A stretch of DNA of 64,000 bases. Origin: Octopus vulgaris (lineage: Eukaryota). The position numbers and the translations under genes are program-made. Within the stretch, counting starts at the first letter, position 1. The number at the start of each line of letters is the position of its first letter. The stretch spans positions 66,588,001 through 66,652,000 of the forward strand of contig OX597833.1 of the NCBI GenBank assembly GCA_951406725.2, read 5' to 3'. Below the pieces are notes generated by a model. That model ran no database searches and was not told the DNA's origin. It saw nothing but the letters and a program-made list of their open reading frames with translations. This document shows, one piece after another, positions 1-15,452 of the stretch.

Positions 1-756
1 TACATATATGGGTGTGTGTATGTGTATACGTCTGTGCGTGTGTGTATGTATAAATGTGTACTTTTATGTGTACGTTTGTATATATATATATACTTGTGTG
101 TGTGTGTACGTGTTTAGTAATTCTCTAAGCGTCAGCATCTCCAAATGCATCACCACAGCCGCCATCCTCTCACCATTCCCCACCATATCCATCCACCCCC
201 CATCAACCGTCACCCCCATCAACACTACCACCGCTCCCCCACCACTCCTCCCTTTCATTACCAAACTCACAACCTATCGTTTACAGTTGGTGACAGCTCT
301 GTTATTAGTTTCAGTAAGAAGAAAAAGCTGGCTGGCGCCCTGATGTTTCACTATTCCTATTAAACTCAGTAGATGAAAGCAGAGATTCAGGTTCGATTCC
401 TCACACGGTCTTGATTTTGATATTTTCCTCCGCATCACCCCCCGTCATCACCGTCAGCATCTATTAATATTTTTTTCCTTGTGGCTCTGCGTTCAGGCTG
501 CCTTCGTCAGTCGCTCATAATGGGTGTAGATTTGATGTCGTTGTTGTTGTTGATGATGACGACGAGATGATAATGATGAAGACGACGATGATGATGGTAA
601 TGGTGATGATGATAATGATGGTGGTGATGATGGTGATGGTAGTTCCGATGAGAGAGTCATCGTTGCCAAGGATGGTTTCGAAACTGTTTATTGAGACCGT
701 GATGAGATTTCCAGTTCAGGAGTCCTATGGCAAGGAAATGGTCCCATGGTTCTATA

Positions 757-1060
757 GCAAGGCTTCTTTATTTATGGGTCCATTTCATTGCTATTTTATT
801 CTGGTCGACCTCCACCCCATAACTGTTCGCTATTTAAAAACTAGTTTAATAGGGACTTGTTTCAAAATCCCTATTTTGTTTTCGACATGTTCCCTTTTGC
901 AGGCTGAATTCTGTAAAATGTTAGAGAAAGAAACCTAGATATTCCTGGCAATACAAACCAATTTTAATCAAAATCTATTATGGAACCCCTATTTACAGTT
1001 TTGCGCCATGGACCCCCATAAAAAAACTCTTATTTGGATCCTCAGGATTGAGGACCGCTG
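757..1060. mobile_element. degenerate hAT/Charlie-like MITE
   Basis: Right end GATTGAGGACCGCTG resembles a Charlie-type TIR. The interior resembles the copy at 6938-7192. The left end is eroded. Confidence 0.4.
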
Positions 1061-1131
1061 CTTTAGTATTTCCTTTGCATTTGTTTGTTTGTTTGTTTGT
1101 TTCTTTCCTTCCTTCCTTCTTTCTTTCCTTT

Positions 1132-1420
1132 AGCGTAGACGGACGAAACGCCGCTAAGCATTTTGTCCGGCGTACTAACGACCTGCAGGCTCGCCGCCTT
1201 TGAGAAATAGTGATTTGAAACTTCCGGTTCAAGGCCGGTCAGTTTCGAGTCGGAAGTAAATTGACTACATCGGCCCCAGCGCTCAACGGGTTCTCCTATT
1301 TTACCGACCCCTAAATGATGAAAGACAAACTTGGCCTTAATGGAATTTGAGCGAAGAGCTATGATGAACGAAATGCCTCTAAGCTAGGCATGCCAACGAT
1401 TCTTCCCGCTCGCTGACTTT
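1132..1420 (-). mobile_element. two old fragments of SINE family B
   Basis: Matches the reverse complement of the family B head (ctaagcattt...ctcgccgcc) and central block (gacccc...atgaaag). Confidence 0.6.
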
Positions 1421-1997
1421 ATGTCGGCTTCGATATAATTTTACTACACTGTCTGACATAATCTCAGTGCCAATCAGAGATTTGGCCAGATAAACCCAAG
1501 GTTATATTTACACTAGAATAATCTCAGATTTTATTAAGTTTTGGCCGGATAAAATCTTCGTTTCTATTTACACAATTTGAAACACGATATTGTCCAAGTT
1601 TTAAGTTGCAAATGGAGTCGAAATCAATCCGAGATATGTTAACGTCTGATTCTATGAAATATTTGTTTAGGTTCCACAACAGAGTAAATGTATATATTAA
1701 AGTCAACAAAAGGCTATGTCAAAACCAAGATCAAATGGTGATCACGACTGACATACAAAATACAGTAAAAACTAATATCAGGTCTGTTTATATATTTTTT
1801 TTCTACCCAGCAGCGGTCTGACACACAAAACCATAGAATGTTGCCACAGACATTTGTCAAACAACTCTGTTGCTATGAAGAAGAGGCTGGCTTCAATGAC
1901 GTTTTCGCTTCGATGGCGTTGATAAAGAATTTTGTCAGTTTAGCAGCTACGCCGGTTGTTTCGAATGACATCAAATCTAGCCAAAACAAGTGAAAAT

Positions 1998-2001
<4 letters not shown>

Positions 2002-2086
<85 letters not shown>

Positions 2087-2240
2087 ATATATATATCTAC
2101 GCTCACACATACATATGCATATATATATGTATGTGTATATATATGCATACATATGTATAGACATACACATATATAAATATTTATGTATATATATATATAT
2201 CTATATATCTATATCTATCTATATATATATACATATATAT

Positions 2241-2297
<57 letters not shown>

Positions 2298-2330
2298 CAT
2301 ACATACATATACATATATATGTATATATAC
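2002..2330. repeat. (CA)n followed by (TA)n/(TACA)n microsatellite
   Basis: Direct reading. Representative of dozens of such tracts in the window. Confidence 0.95.
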
Positions 2331-2332
2331 AT

Positions 2333-2494
2333 ATAGGCGCAGGAGTGGCTGTGTGGTAAGTAGCTTGCTTACCAACCACATGGTTCCGGATTCACTCCCA
2401 CTGTATGGCACCTTGGGCAAGTGACTTCTCATATAGCCTTAGGCCGATCAAACCTTGTGAGTGGACTTCGTAGACAGAAACTGAAAGAAGCCCG

Positions 2495-2587
<93 letters not shown>

Positions 2588-2722
2588 ATTTGTGTGTTTG
2601 TATGTTTGTCGCCCACAACATCGCTTGATAACCGATGCTGGTGAGTTTGCGTGCCCGTAATGTAGCGGTTCGGCAAAAGGGATCGATAGAATAATACTAG
2701 GCTTCCAAAGAATAAGACCTGG
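2333..2722 (+). mobile_element. tRNA-derived SINE family A, 3'-truncated
   Basis: Head GGCGCAGGAGTGGCTGTGTGGTAAG (box A-like), degenerate box B GATTCACTCCC and an internal (TA)n(TG)n tract. Matches many other copies in the window. Confidence 0.85.
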
Positions 2723-2920
2723 GCTAGCGTTCCTTCGTAAGATTACTCTCTTTCCAGTGGACTGGATTAACGGGAAATAAAGGGTTTTACTACTCTAAAT
2801 CACAAGAATCGAAAGCACAATTCTATGATCACGAGCGGAACATCCTATGCGACCTCCTCTCTCTCTCTATATATATGTGTGTTTGTGTGTGTGTGTGTGT
2901 GTGTAAATACTATTTACTTT

Positions 2921-3141
2921 CTTTTTTACTCTTTTACTGGTTTCAGTCATTTGACTGCGGCCATGCTGGAGCACCGCCTTTAATCGAGCAACTCGACACC
3001 GGGACTTATTCTTTTGTAAGCCCAGTACTTATTCTATCTGTCTCTCTTTTGCCGAACCGCTAAGTAACGGGAACATAAACACACCAACATCGGTTGTCAA
3101 GCAATGCTAGGGGGACAAACACAGACACACAAACACACACA

Positions 3142-3189
<48 letters not shown>

Positions 3190-3357
3190 TACGACGGGCT
3201 TCTTTCAGTTTCCATCTACCAAATCCACTCACAAGGCTTTGATCGGCCCGAGGCTATAGTAGAAGACACTTGCCGAAGGTGCCACGCAGTGGGTCTGAAC
3301 CCGGAACCATGTGGTTGGTAAACAAGCTACTTACCACACAACCACTCCTGCGCCTAT
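2921..3357 (-). mobile_element. SINE family A, full length
   Basis: Reverse complement of the full head-body-tail, with tail GGCGGTGCTCCAGCATGGCCGCAGTCAAATGACTGAAAC and GTAAAAGA repeats. Confidence 0.9.
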
Positions 3358-3789
3358 ATGTATGTATAATTAGAGAGAGAGAGAGAGAGAGAGAGTTGGA
3401 GGGAGGGAGAGAGAGAATGGAGAAGAGAGTCAGAGAGCGAAGGAAAGACGAATAAGACAGTGATTTAGGAAAGATAAACAGACGGACAGATAGAAAGATA
3501 GAGTTGCAGAAATGAATGCGAGGCTACGGCAGATCGAAGAGAGAGAAAATGAGAGATTGATTGGCAGATAGATGGGTAGATAGAGAGGAACACCGATATA
3601 AGACAAAATATAATGGAATATATGTTAGGTTAGTAAAATGACGTACGCATACACACACATGCACACACACGCATGTGCACACACACGCATGTGCACCCAC
3701 ACGCATGTGCACACACATGTATGTAGGAATGTATAAATGTATATGTGCATATGTACATATGTGTACAATATATTTTACATATATATCTA

Positions 3790-4009
<220 letters not shown>

Positions 4010-4068
4010 ATATATATATACATAATATATATACCTTTACACGTATGTATATGCGTATATATGTGTGT

Positions 4069-4100
<32 letters not shown>

Positions 4101-4695
4101 AGGAGAAGGAGAAAGAAAGTATTGGAAATAGGAAGGAAACAAAAAAAAAACAAACATGGAATTCAAGTCCTCTCACAGAATATTACATTTTAGAGGAACG
4201 AATGCAAAAGCCATTTTGGTACATTTTGCTTATCAAAGACATTCGTAGTTGTATCGTTGAATCTTAATATCTTCTTGTCTTTTTTTTTTTTGAAGAAAAA
4301 GGGGAACGGAGACATTTCTTGACGTATATTGGCCAAAGTTCTGGAACATTACTTAAAAAAAAAAAGAGATAAAAAAACAATAAAAAAAGGAAAATGGTAG
4401 GAAAGAATATATAAAAAAACAACGTGTTAAAATGTGAAAGGAAAAAATTGAGAATGAAAGAATGGAAGAATGAAAGAATGAAGATATTAACAGAAAAATT
4501 CTTCCGGGCTCGCTTTTAAACACTTACAATGGTTATTGAACGAAAATGGTAAGAAAGAGACAAAAAGAAAGAAGCGAGTATAGTTATGTGTGTGTACTCA
4601 TAACATGTATGTATGTATGTATGTATGTATGTATGTATGTATGTATGTATGTATTTATGTATTTTATGTATTTTATGTATGTATGTATGTATGTA

Positions 4696-4726
<31 letters not shown>

Positions 4727-4729
4727 ACA

Positions 4730-4763
<34 letters not shown>

Positions 4764-4782
4764 TATGTATTTATTAATATGC

Positions 4783-4819
<37 letters not shown>

Positions 4820-5003
4820 TACATATATGTGTAATAATATGTATGGATATATATATATATGTATATATATATAGTTCGAGATCTTTATGTCTGTACCTAT
4901 TTATCTACGTATCGATTTATCTGTGTATGTCTATATATACGTATAAACTAATATGGTTATATGCATATGAAAGATGTATGACTACACACTGACACACACA
5001 CAC

Positions 5004-5051
<48 letters not shown>

Positions 5052-5055
5052 AAAA

Positions 5056-5113
<58 letters not shown>

Positions 5114-5507
5114 CATATATATATATAATTTTGTATATATTCACACACACACATACATAGATTTATATACGTATGTAGACGCGTGTATGCGTATAATACA
5201 CGGTTAAGCGCATGTATGAGGTCAGATTTTCGTTCTTACATTAAATGAAATCTGTATAGAAGTATGGCGACAAACGAGTACACTTGCGAGTGCAGATACC
5301 TGCACGTGTGTGCAGAGATCTTTTATGCACATACAGAGGTGGGTATATGCATGTTTCGACATGTGCATATGCGCATAGAAACAATAGCAATACGTGCATC
5401 TATACATGTCAGTATACGTGCGCGGTTATGTATGTACGTGTGAGTATATGTGAGTTTGCAGGCATGTCACGATGTCTATAGGTTTATATATATATCAATA
5501 TTTTCTC

Positions 5508-5857
5508 GTATTTGTTTCAGTCATTTGACTGCGACCATGCTGGAGCACCGCCTTTTAGTCGAGCAAATCGACACCAGGACTTATTCTTTGTAAGGCTAGT
5601 ACTTATTCTATCGGTCTATTTTGCCAAACACACACACATACACACACACACACACACACATACACACATACATACATACACATATATACATATTTATATA
5701 TACGACGGGCTTCTTTCAGTTTTCGTCAACCAAATCCACTCGCAAGGCTTTGGTCCGCATCAGTCCATAGTAGAAGACACTTGCCTAAGGTGCTACGTTG
5801 TGGGGACTGAACCTGGAACCATGTAGTTTGGAAGGAAGCTATTTACCACACAGCCAC
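5508..5857 (-). mobile_element. SINE family A with internal deletion
   Basis: Tail and head match family A. The segment 3' of the internal microsatellite is missing. Confidence 0.8.
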
Positions 5858-5860
5858 ACC

Positions 5861-5948
<88 letters not shown>

Positions 5949-6039
5949 GGTATGTAGAAAAATACAACATGGACAAGAACGTATATATATATATATATAC
6001 ACATACCCACACACAAACACACGCACATGTATAAGGATA

Positions 6040-6136
6040 TATGTGTGTGTGTATTTGTGTGTCTCTATTTGTCCCTTCACCGTCGCTTGACAACCGATGT
6101 TGGTGTGTTTATGTCACCGTAAATTATCAGTTCGGC
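6040..6136 (+). mobile_element. SINE family A internal fragment
   Basis: gcttgacaaccgatgttggtgtgtttatgtc matches the family A body. Confidence 0.7.
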
Positions 6137-6937
6137 TTTTAGTTGTCTCTTGAAGGTACTTCACATCATCTTTAACAGCAAGACCTTGACATCATCGTAC
6201 TTAATAATGGTACTTCATAGAGCTACTCGTCAAATAACAGAGCAAGGAAGAGAAGCAGAAAAGAATAGATTTTTAAAAGAACAAATATGGCCATATATTT
6301 TTTATGACTGCAATTTGTATTGTGTTCACTCGAAAAAAAAATATATAAGTAGAAACGAAAATGATATAATGCAGTTAGCTGCCTGCCTGTCTCCTCTCAT
6401 GACTAACATATTGGCAATTATGTAAGACATCAGAACGCGTCAGCAAATATTTTGTTTGCTGGTTTCAATAAAGAAGAGCTTATATTCATATTAGATACAT
6501 TAGGTAAAGGAAGTAGCCTCGACTGAGGAGACACAAAGGTCGAAACATCGGGTTATTTCGAAATCGTTGAATAACGTGTTATGGCCAGACATAGTCTAAA
6601 GGGAGATATTTTCAAACGACAAGAAACAACAGCGATCAAATATTTTCATTCGAATCTGCCAAACCATATTGAGAATGAACAAATATTTAATTCTTTTGAT
6701 TGCCGCTGTTTTGTGTGCACCAAACCAAATATAATCTGGTTGAAAGACATCAGCAAGCATCAGCAAATAACTTGTTTGCTAATTTCTATAAACGAGAGCT
6801 TGTGTTCTTACTAGATTCTTCGGTCCGGTTGTGTATCTTTGACTGCGGAGACATACAATGTGGTCAAAACACTAAGTTGTTTCGAAGACCCCCTACACCG
6901 GTGAATATCGTATGATATGAATACAAATCAAATAAAG

Positions 6938-7192
6938 CGGTGGTCCTCAACCATATTTTGCCTATGGACTCCTTTCATTCCTGTTTTACTCTGCTGGATC
7001 CCTATAGAATTCGAAGCTTTAAGAGGTCCCATTATATATTTATAATTCAATATTACGAATTGTATAAAACAAAATTGTTAAAATATTTTATGTATAGTAG
7101 AGGTATATAACCAATTTATGGCACGTAGATTTAAAAAGCAAAATCTTATGTTGACTTGCAAGGGCCATGTTGACTCCGGTTGAGACGCACTA
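6938..7192. mobile_element. hAT/Charlie-like MITE
   Basis: Imperfect TIRs CGGTGGTCCTCAACC ... GGTTGAGACGCACTA. TSD not cleanly preserved. Confidence 0.55.
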
Positions 7193-7655
7193 ATCTAAAA
7201 GCGGGAGGTATTCTCCGACAACGACATACAACCGCGATCAGATATTCACATTCGAATCTACCGAAACGTATTAACAATGATTAGATACGTTATTAAAATT
7301 TTATAAGATGTTTTCTAAAATATCAAGAGACAACAGATCATTTCGTCAGGGGCTAATTTCGAACGTATATCAGATATATTAAATGGAATAAACTACCTGA
7401 TTATCTTGGAAGTCTAAAAAGGAGATTGTATTTATAGAAGCATGTCTATTATGCGTAAAGCATATTTGTATTTGTGTTGTGTGTGTCAAAATATTACCAG
7501 AATGTAATAGTTACTTTTGTGTGGATTCTGTAGTTTTCGCTTCATGTCTTTTCTTATTTTAAGGAAACGCGGGATACACCCACATAGTCAGATCAGCAAA
7601 CACCAGGTGATTTAATCACGAAGCATAGTCAAGTATATTCGTATATATATATGTA

Positions 7656-8044
7656 CTAGCAGTATCGCCCGGCGTTGCTCAGGTTTGTAAGGGAAATAAC
7701 TATAAAGCATTTTTAGAGAGTTATAGCCAAAAAATAGCAAAAAAATGGAAAAAAAAATGATGGTAAATTTTTTTTTGAGAGTTAAAAAAGGTGGAGTTGC
7801 GTCCCCTAGACGGTCTGTGGTTTGGGTTTCTGATTCTCGACCCCATGTCGAATTTATCGATTTTTTTCAGAACTGGGGGAACTTTTCAAAATTTTCGCTG
7901 CGTTAGTTTTGAATTATGACATTGGGCTATGTGTGTGTGTCAAATTTCATCAGAATCGGTTGAAAGCCGTGGTCAGGGTGAGGGTACGAGAAAACAGACA
8001 CACAGAAACACGCACAGACAAACTGCCGTTTATATATAGAGAGA
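7656..8044 (-). mobile_element. non-autonomous Helitron
   Basis: On the minus strand it starts TC and ends CTAG, lies between A and T, and has a GC-rich hairpin-like segment (gagcaacgccgggcg) just upstream of the CTAG. Interior ACAG-type repeats are typical of such elements. Confidence 0.75.
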
Positions 8045-8222
8045 TATATATTCCTACTACAAAATATATATTTGTATGCGTGTCTGTAAGCATCTATGTA
8101 TGCATGTTTGTAAATGCGTACGTAGAACGTAGGTATGTATGTACTGAAGAATGCATATAATGGTGTGTGACGTAAATTTACAATTCCATGCGTGTTGCTG
8201 TTTAACCAAAATGAAAATTTCG

Positions 8223-8281
<59 letters not shown>

Positions 8282-8874
8282 CTGTATCCCTGTCTGTCTG
8301 TCTGTGTCTCTGCTTGCCTGTCTGTCTTTCTCCTCTCTTACTCTCTCTCTCTTCTCTCTCCTCTCCCTCTCTCTCTCTTTCTTTCTTTCATTCTTTCTCT
8401 TTCTCTCTCTCTCTGTTGTACATACTTACATGCACACACATATATATATACACACACACATATATATATACATACATACGTATGTATGTATGTATGTATG
8501 TTTGTATGTATGTATGTATGTATGTATGTGTATGTATGTATGTATGTATGTATGTATGTATGGTATGTATGTATGTATGTATGTGTGGACATGTTTGACA
8601 GTGAAATAAAATTCGGGACAACGTCAGTCACCAGTAAAAACTTCGAATTTACTGTCAAACTTTTCCACGTAAAAATAAGTTGAAAATATTCTGCTTGAAT
8701 ATATTGAATATTCTGTCACTAATGTTTGATTGCTGTCATGTATAATATCCCATTAAACGCACATGTACACGCACATACATATATACACACAGAAATATAT
8801 GCCCAAGCATAAGCAACCACACATGGACATATAAATATATGTATGTCCATATATATATATATATATGGACATAC

Positions 8875-9041
8875 ATAGGCGTAGGAGTGGCTGTGTGGTA
8901 AGTAGCTTGCTTACCAACCACATGGTTCCGGGTTCAGTCCTACTGCGTGGCATCTAGGGCAAGTGTCTTCTGCTATAGCCCCGGGCCGACCTAATGCCTT
9001 GTGAGTGGATTTGGTAGACAGAAACTGAAAGAAGCCTGTCG

Positions 9042-9084
<43 letters not shown>

Positions 9085-9307
9085 TTGTGTGTCTGTGTTT
9101 GTCCCCCTAGCATTGCTTGACAACCGATGCTGGTGTGTTTACGTCCCCTTCACTTAGCGGTTCGGCAAAAGAGGCCGATGGAATGAGTACTGGGCTTACA
9201 AAGAATAAGTCCCCGGGGTCGATTTGCTCGACTAAAAAAAGGCGGTGCTCCAGCATGGCCGCAGTCAAATGACTGAAACAAGTAAAAGAAGAGAAAGAAG
9301 AAAGAAT
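8875..9307 (+). mobile_element. SINE family A, full length
   Basis: Complete head, internal microsatellite and tail. Confidence 0.9.
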
Positions 9308-9402
9308 ACATACATGCATATATATATATACGTATATATTCGTTCCTAGAATATATAGTATATATATATCTACCTATATTTATGCATATATTTATATATA
9401 TG

Positions 9403-9469
<67 letters not shown>

Positions 9470-10114
9470 GTACATGGAGGGTTATGTCATTTGTACAGTG
9501 ATGTAATGGACGCCATTTTCAACCTTACACTAAACATGTGGTATGTTACTGCAAACTCTTGATTTACTGCAGGAAATTCGTCAATTAGTGTAAGTGGCTG
9601 ATGATTTATTGCTGTTGTCGTTGCTGACGGTGGTGTTGGTGGTGCTGGCGATGCTGGCGATGGTGGTGGCGGTGATAACGATCGTGCGTTGAGTGTGTGT
9701 ATGTGTCTCTCTGTGTGTGTGCGTGTGCGTGAGCGTGTGCGTGTGTGGTTCTGGTAATGCGGTGTAAACTGAAGACGGAGATGTGCTTAAGCAAAACAGC
9801 TACAAAATGAAGGGTGAGGGAATGCAGGATGAAAAATGGGGCGATAAGGAGAGTGAGACTGAAACTGCGAGAGAGAAGGAGTCAAGAGAGCAACAGAGAG
9901 TGAGAGAGAGAGAGAAACAGAGGAAAGAGGGTGAGCGATTGAGAGATATATCTAGTTAAGTATGTATCTAACTATCTTTCATATAAATCTAATCGTTTAT
10001 CGCCCTCTCTCTCTCACTCTCTCTCTATCTGCCTATCTTATCTCTCTCTCTCTATCTCCCTATCTGTTTGTCTATCTCCCCCTCTCTCTCTCAGTCTCTC
10101 TATATCTGCCTATC

Positions 10115-10186
<72 letters not shown>

Positions 10187-10227
10187 GAAGGTAGCTAGCT
10201 ACTTAACGATAACCCTACCTACTGTAG

Positions 10228-10262
<35 letters not shown>

Positions 10263-10388
10263 TACCGTTCACATCTTAAGAATTTAGAAGCTGCGAGACC
10301 AGGGAGAAATTTATGTTTGTTTATAACCCAACATTTCTATGTGGTCATTTGTAGCTTCATCTCCTTCGAGATTCACTGTTTCAAAAAC

Positions 10389-10645
10389 GAACCGCTAAGT
10401 GACCGGGACGTAAACACACCAGCATCGTTTGTCAAGCAATGCTAGAGGGACAGACACACAAACATATACACACACATACATATATACGACAGGCTTCTTT
10501 CAGTTTCCGTCTACCAAATCCACTCACAAGGCTTTGGTCGGCCTGAGGCTATAGCAGAAGACACTTGCCCAAGGTGCCACGCAGTGGGACTGAACCCGGA
10601 ACCATGTGGTTGGTAAGCAAGCTACTTACCACACAGCCCCTCCAT
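10389..10645 (-). mobile_element. SINE family A, 3'-truncated
   Basis: Head and body match. The tail is absent. Confidence 0.85.
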
Positions 10646-11440
10646 AGAGAGAGAGAGAGAATAAAAAATACTTTTGGAGTTAGTGGTCAATCATGGCGAC
10701 TGATTATATAGTTAATGTGAGAGAAAAAAATGGAATTCACAAGATTCATTATTAATCATTACGATCGTTTCGACCCACTGTGTATCGGTGCCTCGCGGGC
10801 GAGATGCCGCACAAACAGTTGTGGATCATCATAGCTGCTAGTGTGTCTAGTCAGGTGACTTGCCAAAAACTACCTGTTTTTTTTTTCTGTAATCCCCATT
10901 TCGCTTAGTTCCATTACAATGCATTTTGGTATTTGTAGCTTGTTACTCGTCTATACGAGAAACTGCGTTATCATGAAGAACAATTCTCGTACAATTACTA
11001 AAGTGACTTACAAAAGATCAAAGAAAAAATGGAATATAAAAATAAACAGGTGAATCAAATGATACGCTTTACACTGAGATTGGAAAACGTAAAATAAAAC
11101 CAAAACAATGGTACGATAGAACAAAAAAACAAACTGACCCTTGGTGACCATCACATTTTCACGAAGCAACACATTTATTTATACAGCGATGCATAGACAT
11201 ACGCACATAAAAACGTATTCACTGATTAACATTCGTTAACAGGCCGATGTTTGTGTTCAAAGAACAGGCCCCTACCCACAAGCATTAAATGTGCATCGTT
11301 AACCATTATTACCTTAATGAGTACTTTGATGTTGTATCGGTCAACGACCGTCTGACCACATCCTCTCGGTACTTACCTTTGGTTCAGCTATGATTATCTC
11401 CACCGTCAAGGATCCTCCATCCACGAATAGAGATTCCTGC

Positions 11441-11476
<36 letters not shown>

Positions 11477-11535
11477 GCATGGGTATATATGCATATATGT
11501 CCACACACTTACTAACACACAAATGCAAACCACGC

Positions 11536-11585
<50 letters not shown>

Positions 11586-11694
11586 TATACAACTGTATAC
11601 ACACCCGCCCCGACTCTCTCTCTCCATATATATATTTATATACATACACACTCACACACATACATATATATATATATATACACAGTTGTATTAT

Positions 11695-11890
11695 TTTATC
11701 CTTTTGTATATTTCAGTCATTTGACTGCGGCCATGCTGGACCACCACCTTTGTAAGCCTAGTACTTATTATATCAGTCACTTTTGCCGAACCACTAACTT
11801 GCGGGGACGTAAACAAACAAGCATCGATAGTCAAGCGATGGTGTGGGGACAAACACAGACACACGTAAGCACACACACACACACACATAC

Positions 11891-11967
<77 letters not shown>

Positions 11968-11969
11968 TT

Positions 11970-12018
<49 letters not shown>

Positions 12019-12170
12019 CTTTAATAGGACGGGCTTCTTTCAGTTTCCGTTTAACAAATTCACTTATAAGGCTTTGGTCAGCCCGAAGCTATAGTAGAAG
12101 ACACTTACACAAGGTGCCACGCAGTGGGACTGAACCCGGAACCATGTGGTTGTTAAGTAAGCTACTTACC
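11695..12170 (-). mobile_element. SINE family A
   Basis: Tail, expanded internal TA tract and head match the family. Confidence 0.85.
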
Positions 12171-12178
12171 GTATACTT

Positions 12179-12265
<87 letters not shown>

Positions 12266-12734
12266 ACTTATATATGTACGAATATACAGACACATACATA
12301 TGGACACACACACACTCGTAAACGCACACAAACCCACACGCAAAAACACACACACATACACTTCCGAATGTGCATAAACACACATATTTATACACGTATA
12401 CACAGACATTAATAATACACCTAACTGGACTCACATCTTTTTTTCTCATAAGAATAAATCTGAACCTCGTAGGTTCTATTCTGCTATTTTTTTCGGAAGT
12501 TCTTTGAAAAAATTTGTTTATAATTTTGCACTGAAAAGTACAGTGATTTATAATTAATTTAATTAATTAAATATAATTTAATTCAATTTGACCATGAATT
12601 TGTATCATTTTTATACGTCTGTACTAAGCGATCGTCTGCATGAATTAAAATTCTCTTATATATTTTAAAATCTCTTCTCCATTTTTAACTAAATTGTTGG
12701 GCTTTATCGGATTTCTTTCCATAAATTCACAACA

Positions 12735-12787
<53 letters not shown>

Positions 12788-12810
12788 CGTGTGTGTATGT
12801 GTGTGTGTAT

Positions 12811-12932
12811 AGCCGCCATGATCGACCACTAGCCACTAAAGTTTTTTTTATTTCCCGAGCGTTAACCTAATACACCTGTTTGTTGTTTATACACCTGTCT
12901 TTCTCTTTTGGCTTTCTGTAAATTCCAACTAT
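12811..12932 (+). mobile_element. internally deleted copy of hammerhead-element family H2 (ribozyme lost)
   Basis: 5' gccgccatgatcgaccactagccacta and 3' gagcgttaacctaatacacctgtttgttg match the reverse complement of 46520-46710. Confidence 0.65.
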
Positions 12933-12938
12933 AAACAC

Positions 12939-13030
<92 letters not shown>

Positions 13031-13141
13031 ACATAAATATGAAACAAGGTGGAAAAAAGTTCTCAAATACCAGAGGTAGAGTAATATGCTTTATTCAAAG
13101 CAGCAGAAAATTCAACAAAACCTGTTACTCTGAGTTTCCGT

Positions 13142-13232
<91 letters not shown>

Positions 13233-13234
13233 GC

Positions 13235-13275
<41 letters not shown>

Positions 13276-13302
13276 CATACACATATATAAATGTATATAT
13301 AC

Positions 13303-13555
13303 ATATGACCTTGGTCACCTTGACCGACCAAGCTGTCGGGCGACGTTTCGATACCGCTGGCCACAGCACACCGTCCAGCCATTCAAGAATTTGGACCTGG
13401 AGATCTCCATTTCCTGCTACTTCGAGGGCCACCACCCAGTGGTGTCGGGCGTCATCGAAGAGCCCTCGACTACAACAAGACGACCAAAGTTTTTTTTTAA
13501 TTTCTTTCCAAGGTCTGGGGTCTCCCGCTCCTAAGCCCTAGACCATCACCTAATC
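13303..13555 (-). mobile_element. probable tRNA-derived SINE (distinct family)
   Basis: Minus-strand head with box A-like TGGTCTAGGG. Tail ggccagcggt...tggtcggtcaaggtgacc resembles the tail at 35830-35887. Confidence 0.45.
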
Positions 13556-13577
13556 ACCCTTACCCGTCTTGTTGCTT

Positions 13578-13647
<70 letters not shown>

Positions 13648-14240
13648 GCACACCGTCCATTCCTCTCTGCGCTGTACTTCCCTCTCATTCATGCAACTCC
13701 AAACGCTTGTCGTGTTTCGCCAGGTCACCGTTTTGTGTGTGTATGCTTATGTATGCATGTGTGAGTGTGTGTGTAGAGGGCCCTAGTGATGATGATTATG
13801 ATGGAGATGAGCTCACAGAAGCCATAGTTGCGTTCATTACGCATATGCGTGAGTATTGCTCTGTGTATGTGTGAGCTCATAATTTGAGAAAGATACAGAA
13901 GCGAACCCGGACCTATGGAATTACGATCGGTGGAATGCTGTCTCCCCATCGTCTACTGCATATATATAAGTAATTTTCGATTCCAGTTAGGGGTTTGTTC
14001 TTCCTGCTTCCCTTTGATTTTTCATCCCAATCGGTGCTTACAAGCGCTAAATATTTATAGTAAATATATTTGCCGCCAAATTTATACATGTACAAGAATG
14101 TATGTAAGTGTGTGTATGTGTGAGCGTATGTGTGTGTGTTTGGACACGTGGATGTGTATGTATAGTTTGTATAATACCAACACATATGTATGTATACATA
14201 CAAAACCTCATGTATGTATAGATATGCATGTATACATATT

Positions 14241-14309
<69 letters not shown>

Positions 14310-14521
14310 TTATACATACACATATATACATATGTATATACATTTACACACATATATATGCATTTAAAAATATACCTTCATATATATAAGTACATTTATG
14401 TGTGTGTATATTTACATATATATGTTTATATATATATATATATATACACATATATAAAGATATATATATGTATATATACACAAACTTATACATACATATA
14501 TAAACATATATATACATGCAT

Positions 14522-14634
<113 letters not shown>

Positions 14635-14699
14635 CACATATATATATATACACACTGGCTAATCCTTTTCCTATTATTATCAAACGTTCAAGTGTGTAG

Positions 14700-14880
14700 A
14701 AAATATCTCTTAATCAATATATCTATTGTAACGGTCGACAATATGTCTGTGATGAATTTCTATATTCTATCCAGATATAAAGATTTCTAAACAGAGAGAA
14801 CCCAAGCGTGGATGCTGAAAACAGAAAGAACTCCATATTAATAGTTGTCTTGGGAATGATTGGAAACCATCTTTACAAAC
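14700..14880 (+). pseudogene. degenerate R4/Dong-like LINE endonuclease fragment
   Basis: Manual translation gives LINISI.../LSRYKD.../WMLKTE.../IVVLGMI, the same motif order as 21840-21990. Confidence 0.5.
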
Positions 14881-15452
14881 ACACAACAAAAATTTGTAAA
14901 TAGAAGGAAATATGGTCGAGATTTCAAAGAAGGGTATTTTAAATGAGAAATTTCCGAATTTGACTATATAAAGTTGGAAATAATTAAAGGATTAAAAACT
15001 GTATATAATCTTATGATCCACTAAAATTCGAAGAAAGGATAAAAATCTATGATGCCATGCTATCTGCAGAGATTTGAAACCTGTCATTGAATCGCTTTAT
15101 TAAAAACGGTTACGAATATCAATATCACCAGGTTAAATCAAATATTGTGTGCAAAAGCTTCTATACTTAAAAACAAGTGTATTTCTTTCTTCAAATGTAT
15201 TCATAAGAGAATATGAAAATATGTACAAAATGGATAAATTTGAAGGAAAAGGTTGAGTGGCCCATCCCGCTCAAAACGTCCTTGAATGAGGGTTGTTTAA
15301 GGCTGTTGAACGAAACACACACAATTTTCCTTACCCTAATGAAACTCAAAGCCATATAACACAAACAGGAACAAAACTAAATTAATGAAAAATCGCATAG
15401 TACAGAAATATAGCGTAGACTACGAATTATCAGGCATTAAAGTAGTGAAATA

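Noticed and set aside
330-410. Box B GGTTCGATTCC suggesting a tRNA
   Set aside because: No cloverleaf or properly spaced box A.
13335-13470. Hammerhead around GAAACGTC (minus)
   Set aside because: The upstream TCGATGA is far away and the stems are out of register.
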